Below, piece after piece: positions 10,715 through 21,499 of a stretch of 64,000 nucleotides of DNA. Position 1 is the stretch's first letter. Each line of letters starts with the position of its first letter. The translations under genes were made by a program, and so were the position numbers. Source of the DNA: Macrostomum lignano (lineage: Eukaryota); the NCBI GenBank assembly GCA_002269645.1, contig NIVC01000482.1, positions 255,909 through 319,908 on the forward strand, written 5' to 3'. The notes beneath the pieces are model-generated. The model did no database searches. It was not told the origin of the DNA and saw nothing but the letters and a program-made list of their open reading frames with translations.

Positions 10715-12930
10715 GTGATTCCTCTGCGCGATTTTCCGGATTCATTCGTTCGAACGCAACGCCGACCGGCTTTCCAAGAAAACCCGAAGAACCCAATTTC
10801 AAATCAAACACCAATTCCTAATTTTGATACAAGACAGCTTTGGCGCTTACTGAAACCACATAACCGCTCCAATAACAATGCAGCAATTGACGAAAACTTT
10901 GAGAAACATTTCCAAAACCTTGTTACTGAGCAGAATAGCAATATTAGACTTTCATACAACCTACACCTAGACAGCCCTACTCTAGCTGGTCTAGAGCACT
11001 TCAATGCCCCCTTCACTAAAGATGAAGTTATAAGACATATCAAAAAGCTCAAAGTCGACAAAGCACCAGGTCAAGATAAAGTCTACGTAGAAACCCTACA
11101 ATACCTTGAGAATAAACTCTCTGACTTCCTATGTTCACTCTTCAATGAAATTCTTAAACAGCAAACCTTCCCAACCAGTTGGATAACCAATACACTTTGC
11201 CCAATTTACGAAAACAAAGGCAACAAAAATGACCCCAATAATTATAGAGGTATATGCATCCAACCCATTCTTGGCAAGCTGCTCTGCCAAATAATCAAAT
11301 CAAGACTTGAAAAACTAGCACACTCAAACGACCTCATCTCAAAATACCAATATGGTTTCAAGCCCAATCACAGCACAATCGACCAGTGTTTCAACCTTTA
11401 TAACATTATTAATCAATCTATGTCTAGCAAAGAGGAACTTTTTATTGGGTTTGTTGACTACGAAAAAGCTTTCGATAGCCTAAACCAACCAACCCTCTGG
11501 CACAAAGTTGATAACCAGGGGATAAAGGGTCAAATGATGGAACTTATTGAAAACATGCATGAAAATGCATGCTTCATCCTGAAAAAAGATAACAATGATG
11601 AAACCCAACCAATCAGAATTTCTAAAGGAGTCCTCCAAGGGAACCCCCTTTCTACTGTGCTTTTCGAGCTATATATCAATGATATTGTTGAATACCTTGA
11701 GCTTGCTAGTCCCAGATACTCTTTCACTAGGCATACCTTCCCACGCATCCTTCTTTTCGCAGATGACCAAGCTATACTAGCAAAAAGCAAAGATGAACTC
11801 CAAGACACTTTTAATAATATGGAAAATTACTGCAAACAAAACTACTTGAAAGTAAATGCGAGCAAAACAAAATTCATGCAAGGCTGCACTAGCCAGAAGA
11901 CCAACATCGATAACACTGATAACAAAATATACTATGACCTTCAAGAAATTGAGAAAGTTAACGAATTTAAATACCTGGGAGTTATATTTGAGCCAAGAAA
12001 CAGCTTCAAAAAATGTATTGAGCACCAGACTAGTCAGGGTTACACAGCTATGTTCTCCCTGCTCCACAAAGTAAAGAATACATCCCTCATGGATATCACT
12101 CTCATTCGCAAACTATTTGACACCCTCGTTTCTCCTGTTATCACCTATGGTTGTGAACTTTGGGGACCCCTGGCCACCCTTTCCGACGCAAATGCTATCG
12201 ATAATATCCAATTAAAGTTCTACAAATACCTTCTTAACCTACCAAAATATGCGAGCAACAGTGTAATATCATCCGAACTCGAGCTCATACCAATCTCTCA
12301 ACAGATCGCAAAAACCTATCTTACTTACTGGCTAAAAATCAGACACAAAAAACTCTGTCCAACAACACTTGATATTTTTCACTCAAATACCAGCCAAAAT
12401 AACCCTTGGGTAACAAATGTTCAAAAGAAACTGAAAAGTATAGACCTCGAGACACTATACAAAGATAAAACCCCCAATTAAGTTTTAACAATGAGAAACT
12501 TCCAGTGAAAAAGCAACTGCACATGTATAGAGAAAGAGAACTAAGCCGAAAGCTAGACAACCAGCACCATATTAAATATTACAAAAGCGCTTACTTAGTC
12601 AAAAAAACCTGCAGACCTGTCCTCTCAAATTACTTTCCAAGTCTATTTAGAAACAAAAAATACCTAACGACCCTTCTGAAACTGAAATGTGAACTCACGC
12701 CCAAGGCATTCTCTCAGGAAGCTTGTGGACTCTGTGGAGCAAGAAATGGAGCCGATATTCTCCACTACCTAAGTGAGTGCCCACAAACACTAGAAATTAG
12801 GAAAAAATACTTTTCTCAATACCTTCTAGATGCCACACACATGCATAAAATAGGGTATGCCACAAATGAAAAAAGAGTCAGAAAAGAGCTCTCCGGAGTA
12901 GCCAAAATTTACGATGTCATGTACAGCTAA
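10715..12930 (+). mobile_element. Non-LTR retrotransposon (LINE) ORF2: reverse transcriptase plus C-terminal cysteine motif, one frameshift, 5'-truncated
   Basis: ORF 10715-12481 has KAPGQD, NYRGI, QYGFKPNHST, FVDYEKAFDSL, KGVLQGNPLS, LLFADD and FKYLG. It continues in another frame (12505-12930) with CGLCG...DILHYLSECP. No AP-endonuclease motifs seen upstream. The 3' UTR runs to a (TAC)n tail at 13524-13542. Confidence 0.93.
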
Positions 12931-13477
12931 ATTTATTTGCATGAAATATATAACATGTTTATATACATACATAGCAGTTAAGTACTGAGTCCGCTTCTTA
13001 CCCCCCCCCCACCTTCACGTTTTCAAAAAATCTAGATCTTTTTTAAAATGCTATTGTAATTACGGTTATATGCTTTGATATTGGCATAAAGTAGTTATTT
13101 TTTTTCTTTTCTTTTGGATTTTTCGTTCGAACTTCATTCGCAACTTATCGTAATCAAAGTAATCTCGCAATTAAAGCTATACCTCGTAATTCGTACTCAT
13201 TTTTTAGTATTAATACTCGTTGTTAGTTGATAGTCGTCACTTTTCGTCCAAAAATACCGTAGAAATTCTGGCGCGCTTTCAAATACTTTATCTTTTTCAA
13301 TAACTCAAGTGACACCATACTTGTCTTTTAATTCCTTACTTAAATACTTTTTGCTTTGTTTGCCGTTAAAGATTTTTGAAGTTTCGTAGAAAAAAAAATT
13401 GGCGCCCTTTCAAATACTATATTATTGTAAAACTCGCCGCACAGATCCCATTCTATCGAAATAATATTAATATTAAA

Positions 13478-13680
13478 TACACTGACATATACTGGCCAAA
13501 CAGGCTTCTTGCCTGAGCCAAACTTACTACTACTACTACTACAACTCGTCAAATCGTCGTCAAATCGTCTTTATAAACTTCTATTTAGAAAATTTTTCCA
13601 AATACATAGCTCTATAATATATTGGCCAAACGGGCTAATTGCCTGAGCCAAATTCTTACTACTACTACTACTACTACTAT
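13478..13680 (+). repeat. Duplicated LINE 3' terminus with two (TAC)n tails
   Basis: TGGCCAAAC(A/G)GGCT..TTGCCTGAGCCAAA...TTACTACTAC occurs twice (ending 13542 and 13680). Confidence 0.75.
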
Positions 13681-14042
13681 TTTTATTTCTCCACCCCACC
13701 TCACAAAAAAAGAAGATTTTTGATCAAGCCGAGCCTAGACCTATCAAAAAATAATAAGCATGATATTAGACTAGACCAGCTATAATTTTTTATTGTGACT
13801 GACAATTTTTTAAATCTTGCCTTGCCTGTTGGTCTAAACTTCAATGCAAACTTAAAAGCTTCCGTTATGGCTTATGCTGATTATCCTAATCAGTATTAGT
13901 ATTAGTAGGCCTGGTTATTGTTGTTAAAAATAGCACTTTAAACACTAAAGATATAAAAGATAGGCCCTACTTTTAACACTTTAATTTAAATATATTTTAT
14001 GCATTTGCCAACATATCTTTCCATTTGGATTAGGATAATTGG

Positions 14043-14594
14043 TAGAGGTCGGATAAGATTGAAATCTTCGGGTGGGATTGGGATTGGGAATAATTTTTTT
14101 TTATAATAATACCTATAGATATATTATATAGGTATTATATAGGTATATAGATATTATATAGATATATATAATATATAGATATATAGATATTATATAGATA
14201 TTATATAGGTATTATCATTATAATAATTTTTTTCTCAGGATCGGGATTGGGATCGGGATTTGAGAATCAAGATTGGGTCTTTTAGTGTATTGTCCATGTA
14301 AAGTTAAACTAAATTGAGAGAAGATTGTCAAGATCAAGAAGTAAACACAACAAAACATAACAAAAACACAATAAAATTGATATGAAGTTTTGTAACCAAC
14401 AAAGTAAATAATGTAATGAGTATAAGTTAAAGCAAAATACCTTCAAGTAATCATTAATTCTATAAATTTTTAATCAAAAGACCTGTTCCTGAATCTCAAG
14501 TTTTTTAGGGTCGGGATTCTGGTCCCATGGGAATTCAATTTTCTTTGGGATCCCGAGATTTTAGGATCGGGATTAAGATCCCATCCAACCTCTA
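14043..14594. mobile_element. MITE (hAT-like)
   Basis: TIRs TAGAGGTCGGAT / ATCCAACCTCTA; perfect 8-bp TSD ATAATTGG (14035-14042, 14595-14602); repeated GGGATT subterminal motifs. Confidence 0.75.
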
Positions 14595-16084
14595 ATAATT
14601 GGATCTGTTATATTATATCTATGGTCTTGGCTTGTTGAAACACTAGGCTATTCTAACAAGTCTAAGATTGAGGTCTAGGCCTAAGGTCTACTATGTATGC
14701 ACCAAAAGATCATCTATAGTTGTTTTTACACTAGCCATTTATGCCAATCCATTTTCTATTAATTCTTACACCAAACATTTATGCCAAGGCAAATTAATTT
14801 TTGTTTAGAATTATGCTAGAGATTTCTAGCATAACTGTAACAAAACAGACTATGGCCTCTAAATTTGTAGTATATGCTTATAAGCCAATTGGAATTGTGG
14901 CCACTTTATTTAGTTTTAGACTTTACTTTAGTATGTGGCTACTTTAAAGAAAGATAGGCCCTCGCCCTTAGCTTTCAACCTCTTAATTATGAATACTATT
15001 GCCTTGGCTGTTTCTAGCTCCTGGGGTTTAAAAAGATAATTGTATATAAATGCTATCTAAAACTAGATAGTTTGCAAATAAAATAAAATAATTAATGAAA
15101 GAATTTCTATTTTTTTATTTTAGCCTTTCTTCTCCTTTAAACTAATAAGAAATAGGTTTGTCTTGTAGCCATATTGGTCTATAGCCATCTTGGTCCATTA
15201 CAAAATTCATAAACATCTGAGTTATCAATGTGACAATCTAGGTTTTTGCAAGAGTCAATGTGTAAAATTGCACCTTGTACCTATTTCAGGGTATAATTTT
15301 AAGGCTCAGAGTGCAATTTCTCTCATAAAAAAACTAGGATTATAGATAGGCCTATCTATAAATATTTTCTTATATTAAAAATATGCATTGACCTATTGTC
15401 TTATTTTTAAAAATCTTATTCTAAGGCAATGCAAATAAGGCTTAAAAGGAAAATAAGTTGTAAGACTGCATTTAAACCATTCTAACTTTTTTAAATTTCA
15501 AGGTACAATTTCAAAATTCAGGGTATATATATATATACTATATATCTATAGGTATATCTATAAAAGTTGTACCTTTTTGATATTTAATAATCTTATAAGT
15601 TTTTACTTTATTATTTATAAAGTAAATATTTAAATATATATTTGAATATATAAATATATAAGGTTATATATAACATTAGGCCTATGATTGTGTACTATAA
15701 TATCCAGGAACATTTGTAGCAATGGATGACTATAATAAAACAATTGATAGATTAATAAACTATGAAATAAAATAAACTATATTTTTAGGCTTTTGTTATT
15801 ATTGAATTTTATGAAAAACTTGGTCATACTAGCCATATAATATAACAAGGCTGTGCATGTATGATTTAACTTATTTGTTGTCTTGAGCAATTGTTAAAAT
15901 TATATAATATACTAGTGTAGTCTTACTATACTGGTTCTTACCATAGTCAAAGCTTGCCTAAAACAAGCAAGACATGTATTTACAATAGACAATAAACATT
16001 TACAATGGTAAATAATGAACAATAAGAATTTAGATTTTGATTTCTTACAATTTTTTATATTGATTTGTTTGCCACTCATTCAAG

Positions 16085-17401
16085 CATCCAGCATCTGCCA
16101 GTGTCACTTGGTGCCCAGCCATCAATCAATTCTTGGTGTGGGACGCCAGTTCAGCGCAATGGCTGAGACAAGCCAGAGTCCTTGCTGTCCTTGTTGGCAC
16201 ATTGCCACGCTGTCCGCGTCAGAATCGGTGCCTTTACCTGCCCTGTGCGCTAACAGCCGAACAGGCAGCTGTTGCTGCTGAAGAATTGCAATCTGACATT
16301 CGATTCAGCTGTCAGACTGCCTGTCCTGACCATCCGGCTGACTCCGCCACCATCGCTGAGTATGCCAGGCAGCGTGAACAGAATTACAGTGAAGCTACAG
16401 AAGTTCTGTTAGCCAGGCGTAGGCTGAGGATGACGCCTCACGCGGCTAAGATTGCGGCCGGTCGAGCTGTTAAAAGGCGTAGACAGGAGCAGAAAATGGA
16501 GCACCAAACTGGAAGTAACAAATTAAAAGAACAAAAAACTGAAGTTGAAGCAAAACAACAAACTGTTTCGAAAATGGAAGTTAAAGAAAGCCATAAACTC
16601 TTGGAAACAAAACCGGAAGTTGAAGGAAACCAAATGCTTGGCGTGGAAGCGAAACCAGAAGTTGAAGGAAACCAAATGCTTGGCGTGGAAGCGAAACCAG
16701 AAGTTGAAGGAAACCAACTGCTAGGCGTGGAAGCAAAACCGGAAGTTGAAGAAAACCAAATGCTTGGCGTGGAAGCAAAACCGGAAGTTGAAGAAAACCA
16801 AACTGCTATTGAAGAACTGGAAGTTGATCTAGAAGCGGAAGCTTTAGCCGAAGGTCTTCCAACCTTAGACAGGGTTCCAATTCACCTGCCGACTCGAACC
16901 CCGGACTCTTGGCTTCGAAGAGGCGAACTTCTGCCCCATGACTGCGGCGCTGCGCCATCATCGCCGCCAGAAACGGCGCGCAACCGGCTTCGCTTAAACG
17001 TTTGGCGCCAATTATGGCGCCTAGGCTACTATCTGACTAGCGGCGCCGCTAATTTCGGTGCCGATTTCCTGCTCTACCAGGGCGAGCCGTTGCGCTATCA
17101 CGCCACGCATCTTGTCCTGTGCTGCCCGTCTGGCTCACTGCCTCCACCTCGGTCGCTCACCTGTCACCTGCGAGTGGCTAACGATGCAAAGAAATTGCTA
17201 TTGATTGCCCTGCCAGTTGATAATGGCGCAGGCGTGGCATTTCGCGTGTTCGCCTGGCGCAGAGGCGAAGCCGTGGAGTTGGAGTTGGGCAGCGAGCAGG
17301 AGCGAGACGCTTTGGATGCCATGGAGGCGGCGGCTGCAGCTGCTGCAACTGACGGACGGCTGAATGAGATGGACTGCGATGATGAGGAAGAGGATCTTTG
17401 A
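16085..17401 (+). CDS. TSEN34: tRNA-splicing endonuclease subunit Sen34
   Basis: N-terminal FLVW...LVGTLPRCPRQN..L.LP.AL..EQA and catalytic region VWRQLWRLGYYLTSGAANFGADFLLYQGEPLRYHA match TSEN34. The frame is open from the stop at 16061-16063 to TGA 17401. No in-frame ATG precedes the conserved N-terminus, so the start given is the inferred splice acceptor. Confidence 0.88.
   Translation, partial: HPASASVTWCPAINQFLVWDASSAQWLRQARVLAVLVGTLPRCPRQNRCLYLPCALTAEQAAVAAEELQSDIRFSCQTACPDHPADSATIAEYARQREQNYSEATEVLLARRRLRMTPHAAKIAAGRAVKRRRQEQKMEHQTGSNKLKEQKTEVEAKQQTVSKMEVKESHKLLETKPEVEGNQMLGVEAKPEVEGNQMLGVEAKPEVEGNQLLGVEAKPEVEENQMLGVEAKPEVEENQTAIEELEVDLEAEALAEGLPTLDRVPIHLPTRTPDSWLRRGELLPHDCGAAPSSPPETARNRLRLNVWRQLWRLGYYLTSGAANFGADFLLYQGEPLRYHATHLVLCCPSGSLPPPRSLTCHLRVANDAKKLLLIALPVDNGAGVAFRVFAWRRGEAVELELGSEQERDALDAMEAAAAAAATDGRLNEMDCDDEEEDL
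16612..16800 (+). repeat. 42-bp coding tandem repeat (KPEVEGNQMLGVEA, about 4.5 copies) within TSEN34
   Basis: In-frame repeat visible in both DNA and translation. Confidence 0.9.
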
Positions 17402-17454
17402 GTTGGAGTTGCCTAAGATTTTTTGCCACTGTTCACTAATTATTTGATTTCTTC

Positions 17455-18176
17455 CTATCCGCTCTCTACCCAATGTTCTACTCATCTGATCCGCTCTCTA
17501 CCCAATGTTCTACTCATCTGATCCCCTCTCTACCCAATGTTCTACTCATCTGATCCGCTCTCTACCCAGTGTTCTACTCATCTGATCCGCTCTCTACCCA
17601 ATGTTCTACTCATCTGATCCGCTCTCTACCCAATGTTCTACTCATCTGATCCGCTCTCTACCCAATGTTCTACACATCTGATCCGCTCTCTACCCAGTGT
17701 TCTACTCATCTGATCCGCTCTCTACCCAGTGTTCTACTCATCTGATCCGCTCTCTACCCAGTGTTCTACTCATCTGATTCGCTCTCTACCCTGTGTTCTA
17801 CTCATCTGATCCACTCTCTACCCAATGTTCTACTCATCTGATCCGCTCTCTACCCAGTGTTCTACTCATCTGATCTGCTCTCTACCCAATGTTCTACTCA
17901 TCCGATCCGGTCTCTACCCAGTGTTCTACTCATCTGATCCACTCTCTACCCTGTGTTCTACTCATCTGATCCGCTCTCTACCCTGTGTTCTACTCATCTG
18001 ATCCGCTCTCTACCCAATGTTCTACTCATCTGATCCGCTCTCTACCCAATGTTCTACTCATCCGATCCGGTCTCTACCAAGTGTTCTACTCATCCGATCC
18101 GGTCTCTACCCAGTGTTCTACTCATCTGATCCACTGTCTACCCAGTTTTCTACTGATCTGATCCGCTCTCTACCCA
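17455..18176 (+). repeat. 32-bp minisatellite (TCTACCCAATGTTCTACTCATCTGATCCGCTC), about 22 copies
   Basis: Period 32 (e.g. 17465, 17497); lies between TSEN34 and MBD2/3. Confidence 0.95.
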
Positions 18177-18513
18177 TTGTGAACTTCGTAAAGTGCATTT
18201 ATGATTAATGTTTTCTTGCTTGAGGACAGTGTCTGTCAAATCTTCATTGTTGGTCAAGTGTTGTAACACTCACTGCGAATGCAATACACTTGTCGCATTT
18301 TATAATTGGCCAAAAAATTTCCAGTATCTGTAATGAGCGATTGTTTTTACTTTATTTTGTTCTCTAACGGAAAGAATAAATAATGTTTTTCATTACCTAT
18401 TGTCAGCATTTTTGCTAACTTTAAAAAATTCTATCCCAATTTCTGTTTGGATAGAAAAAGTCTTTTTCCTTTGTCTCGAACAAAAGATCCAAAGATCAAC
18501 TAAACCAGTTTCC

Positions 18514-20443
18514 ATGGCTACCAACCTCACTTCCGTTGTCGGCCTGCCGCCCGGCTGGAAGCGCGAGGAGTCGCTGAAGCAGTCCGGTTTGTCCTCGGGC
18601 AAGACCGAAGTCTATTATGTCAGCCCCGGCGGCAGGAAGCTGCGAAACCGGGTGGAACTGCAGCGAGCTCTGGGCGATCGATACGATCTCAGTAATTTCG
18701 ACTGGCGCACAGGCAGGTTTCACCCCTATGCTAGGCCTCAGCAACACCAGCACCAGCATCATCACCAGCATCATCAACAGGCTTCGTTACAGTCGGCTGG
18801 TCGGATAAAGACTCCAGCCGACATGCTCTCGTCTGCTGCCGCCGCTGCTGCTGCTGCCGCGGCCGCCGCCGCTGCCACCACTTCGCAGGCAACCAGTTCG
18901 CGATCTGGCGCAGGCGCCGGCTCTTCGGCCTCCAGCCGGGCAGTCACGGATCCGTCGTTGCGATTGCCGGTCAGACAGACCGCTTCTATGCTGAGGCAGT
19001 CGGTGAGTGGCTTTTGCAGCTGATTGCTTTATGGCTATGAGATATGTTGCTTGTAGAAATTGCAAATGCTGACTCAAATTCTGACCAACTGCTGACCTAC
19101 ATGCTGACCTACATGCTGACCTACATGCTGACTTAAATGCTGACCCAAATGCTGACCTACATGCTGACACAAATGCTGACTCAAGTGCTGACCTACTGCT
19201 GACCCAAATGCTGACCCAAATTCTGACTCAAGTGCTGACCTACAAGCTGACTCAAATGCTGACCCACTGCTGACCTACATGCTGACCCAAATGCTGACTC
19301 AAATGCTGACCCAAATGCTGACTCAAATGCTGACCCAAATGCTGACTCAAATGCTGATCCAAATGCTGACTCAAATGCTGACCCAAATGCTGACTCAAAT
19401 GCTGACCCAAATGCTGAATCAAATGCTGACCTACATGCTGTCCTACACGCTGACCCAAATGTTGACTCAAATGCTGACCCACTGCTGACCTACATGCTGA
19501 CACAAATGCTGACTCAAGTGCTGATCTACATGCTGACCCAAATGCTGACCTACACGCTGACCCAAATGCTGACTCAAATGCTGACCCACTGCTGACCTAC
19601 ATGCTGACCAAATGCTGACTCAAATGCTGACTCAAATGCTGACCTACATGCTGACCCACATGCTGACCCATGAACTGATCCCTTATGCCTGACCCATGAA
19701 CTGATCCCTTATGCCTGACCCATGAACTGATCCCATATGCCTGACCCATGAACTGATCCCATATGCCTGACCCATGAACTGATCCCATATGCCTGACCCA
19801 TGAACTGATCCATATGCCTGACCCATGAACTGATCCCATATGCCTGACCCATGAACTGATCCCATATGCCTGACCCATGAACTGATCCCATATGCCTGAC
19901 CCATGAACTGATCCCATATGCCTGACCCATGAACTGATCCCATATGCCTGACCCACATGCTGACTCACGCACCCGCAGGTGGAGCTGGTCCGCGGCCACC
20001 CAGACAGCCGGCGCAACGATCTGCAGCACGGGCCCAAAGACCGGCCCCGCCAGCTATTCTATCACAAGCGATTCGACAATCTGCGCGCCTGCGACCCGGA
20101 CACTGGCGAGCCCAGTCCGGAGATTGGCCTGCCGAAGCACCTGCAACCGGCCGGTGGCGGCCCGGTCACCGGCACCGACCAGCTGGTGCTCAGCGTTGCC
20201 GACTGTCTCAGCAGTGTCGGCGGTGGCCACTCCGGCGCTGTAGCCGTTGTCGGCCAGCAGAACTGCAAAGCATTCGAAAAGAATCCGCACGTGTCCGTGA
20301 ACCCGGACCAGCCGCTGGTTCGCTATCATCTGGTGTCTGACGACGAGGTCCGCCAGCAGGAGGCCGTGGTGCGCGAGGCTCGTCGAAGGCTGGCCTTGGC
20401 CCTGCGGCTGTTCAAAGCTGGCAGGGAGGCTTCGGCAGCTTAA
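18514..20443 (+). CDS. MBD2/3: Methyl-CpG-binding domain protein 2/3; join(18514..19002,19979..20443), about 317 aa
   Basis: MBD: LPPGWKREE...SGLSSGKTEVYYVSPGGRKLR...FDWRTG. Phase-0 intron TCG|GTGAGT...CGCAG|GTG. Exon 2 has PRQLFYHKRF, NPHVSVNPDQPL and the C-terminal coiled coil VSDDEVRQQEAVVREARRRLALAL. Confidence 0.92.
19065..19665 (+). repeat. 12-bp-based minisatellite (ATGCTGACCCAA/CTCAA) in MBD2/3 intron
   Basis: Tandem GCTGAC-containing units. Confidence 0.9.
19663..19950 (+). repeat. 26-bp minisatellite (CTGACCCATGAACTGATCCCATATGC) in MBD2/3 intron
   Basis: Period 26 (19741, 19767); about 11 copies. Confidence 0.92.
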
Positions 20444-20472
20444 TGGACTCGCTTTGTTCTCGTATTGGTTGC

Positions 20473-20720
20473 TAAGCAACGGGTTAGTTTGCTTAGCAAC
20501 GGGTTAGTTTGCTTAGCAACGGGTTAGTTTGCTTAGCAACGGGTTAGTTTGCTTAGCAACGGGTTAGTTTGCTTAGCAACGGGTTAGTTTGCTTAGCAAC
20601 GGGTTAGTTTGCTTAGCAACGGGTTAGTTTGCTTAGCACCGTGTTGGTTTGCTTAGCAACGGGTTAGTTTGCTTAGCAACGGGTTAGTTTGCTTAGCAAC
20701 GGGTTGGTTTGCTTAGCAAC
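20473..20720 (+). repeat. 20-bp minisatellite (GCTTAGCAACGGGTTAGTTT), about 12 copies, downstream of the MBD2/3 stop
   Basis: Near-perfect tandem units. Confidence 0.95.
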
Positions 20721-21499
20721 GATTATGCTTAGTTTGCATGGCAAATAGAGATGTTATTTAGGAACTGTAGAAGTGCAAAATCCATTCTTGTACCAGCTTT
20801 ATCTGTCTGGCTCTCTAGCCTACCAGCATCCTTCATCCCGTCTTATGCCCTCAGTTATGTTTTTTTGCGTCTGTCTGTCCTGTGTCCCATTAGCAAGTTT
20901 TTGTGTAAATAATTTTGTCATTTGGGGTTTCACTTATAAATGCTGCTTGTACATGTACCGTAATGTGCGAAGCTAATACCGACATCAAGTTAATGTTAAT
21001 TGTCTATTATTGTTGTATGTCTATTAAAAGTACAAAATTAATCTGCCCTTATCCGCTATGGAGCTGATTATTCCCTAAGCTGTTGCTTATAAACAAAAAT
21101 TTCGTTAGCAAATTAATCTGTAATATATTACTTATATAAGTAGCTATGTTTGCTTCCCAGTGAATTTAATACGCCGTTTGCTTATGGTTCATTCAGAATT
21201 GGCAATTATAAGGTCATAATTTTATGCTGACTTTTTTGTTTAAACTAACAATGTTAATAAAACTGTGTAAGTTATCGCGCTAGCTGTTCCCGCGAAAATG
21301 AAATTATAATTCTGAATTCTGAATGAATGGCGTTTCGTGTTGTTCTTTATTTATGCTTGGTATATATGATCTAGTCAGTTAGAACTGTATGCTCAGGTTG
21401 ATTGCTTGTGGTGGATTTTTAAAAAAAATATGGGGAGTATTCTTAAACATACTCTTAGCTCAAGAGTCTACACTGTCTAATCTTCATCTGAGCCCTTCC

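Noticed and set aside
12460-12505. Programmed -1 frameshift in the LINE
   Set aside because: No canonical X XXY YYZ slippery heptamer in frame; a one-base homopolymer loss explains it more simply.
17455-18176. CRISPR-like regular array (also 38010-39235, 56255-60020)
   Set aside because: Units are contiguous with no unique spacers, there are no cas genes, and the context is eukaryotic.
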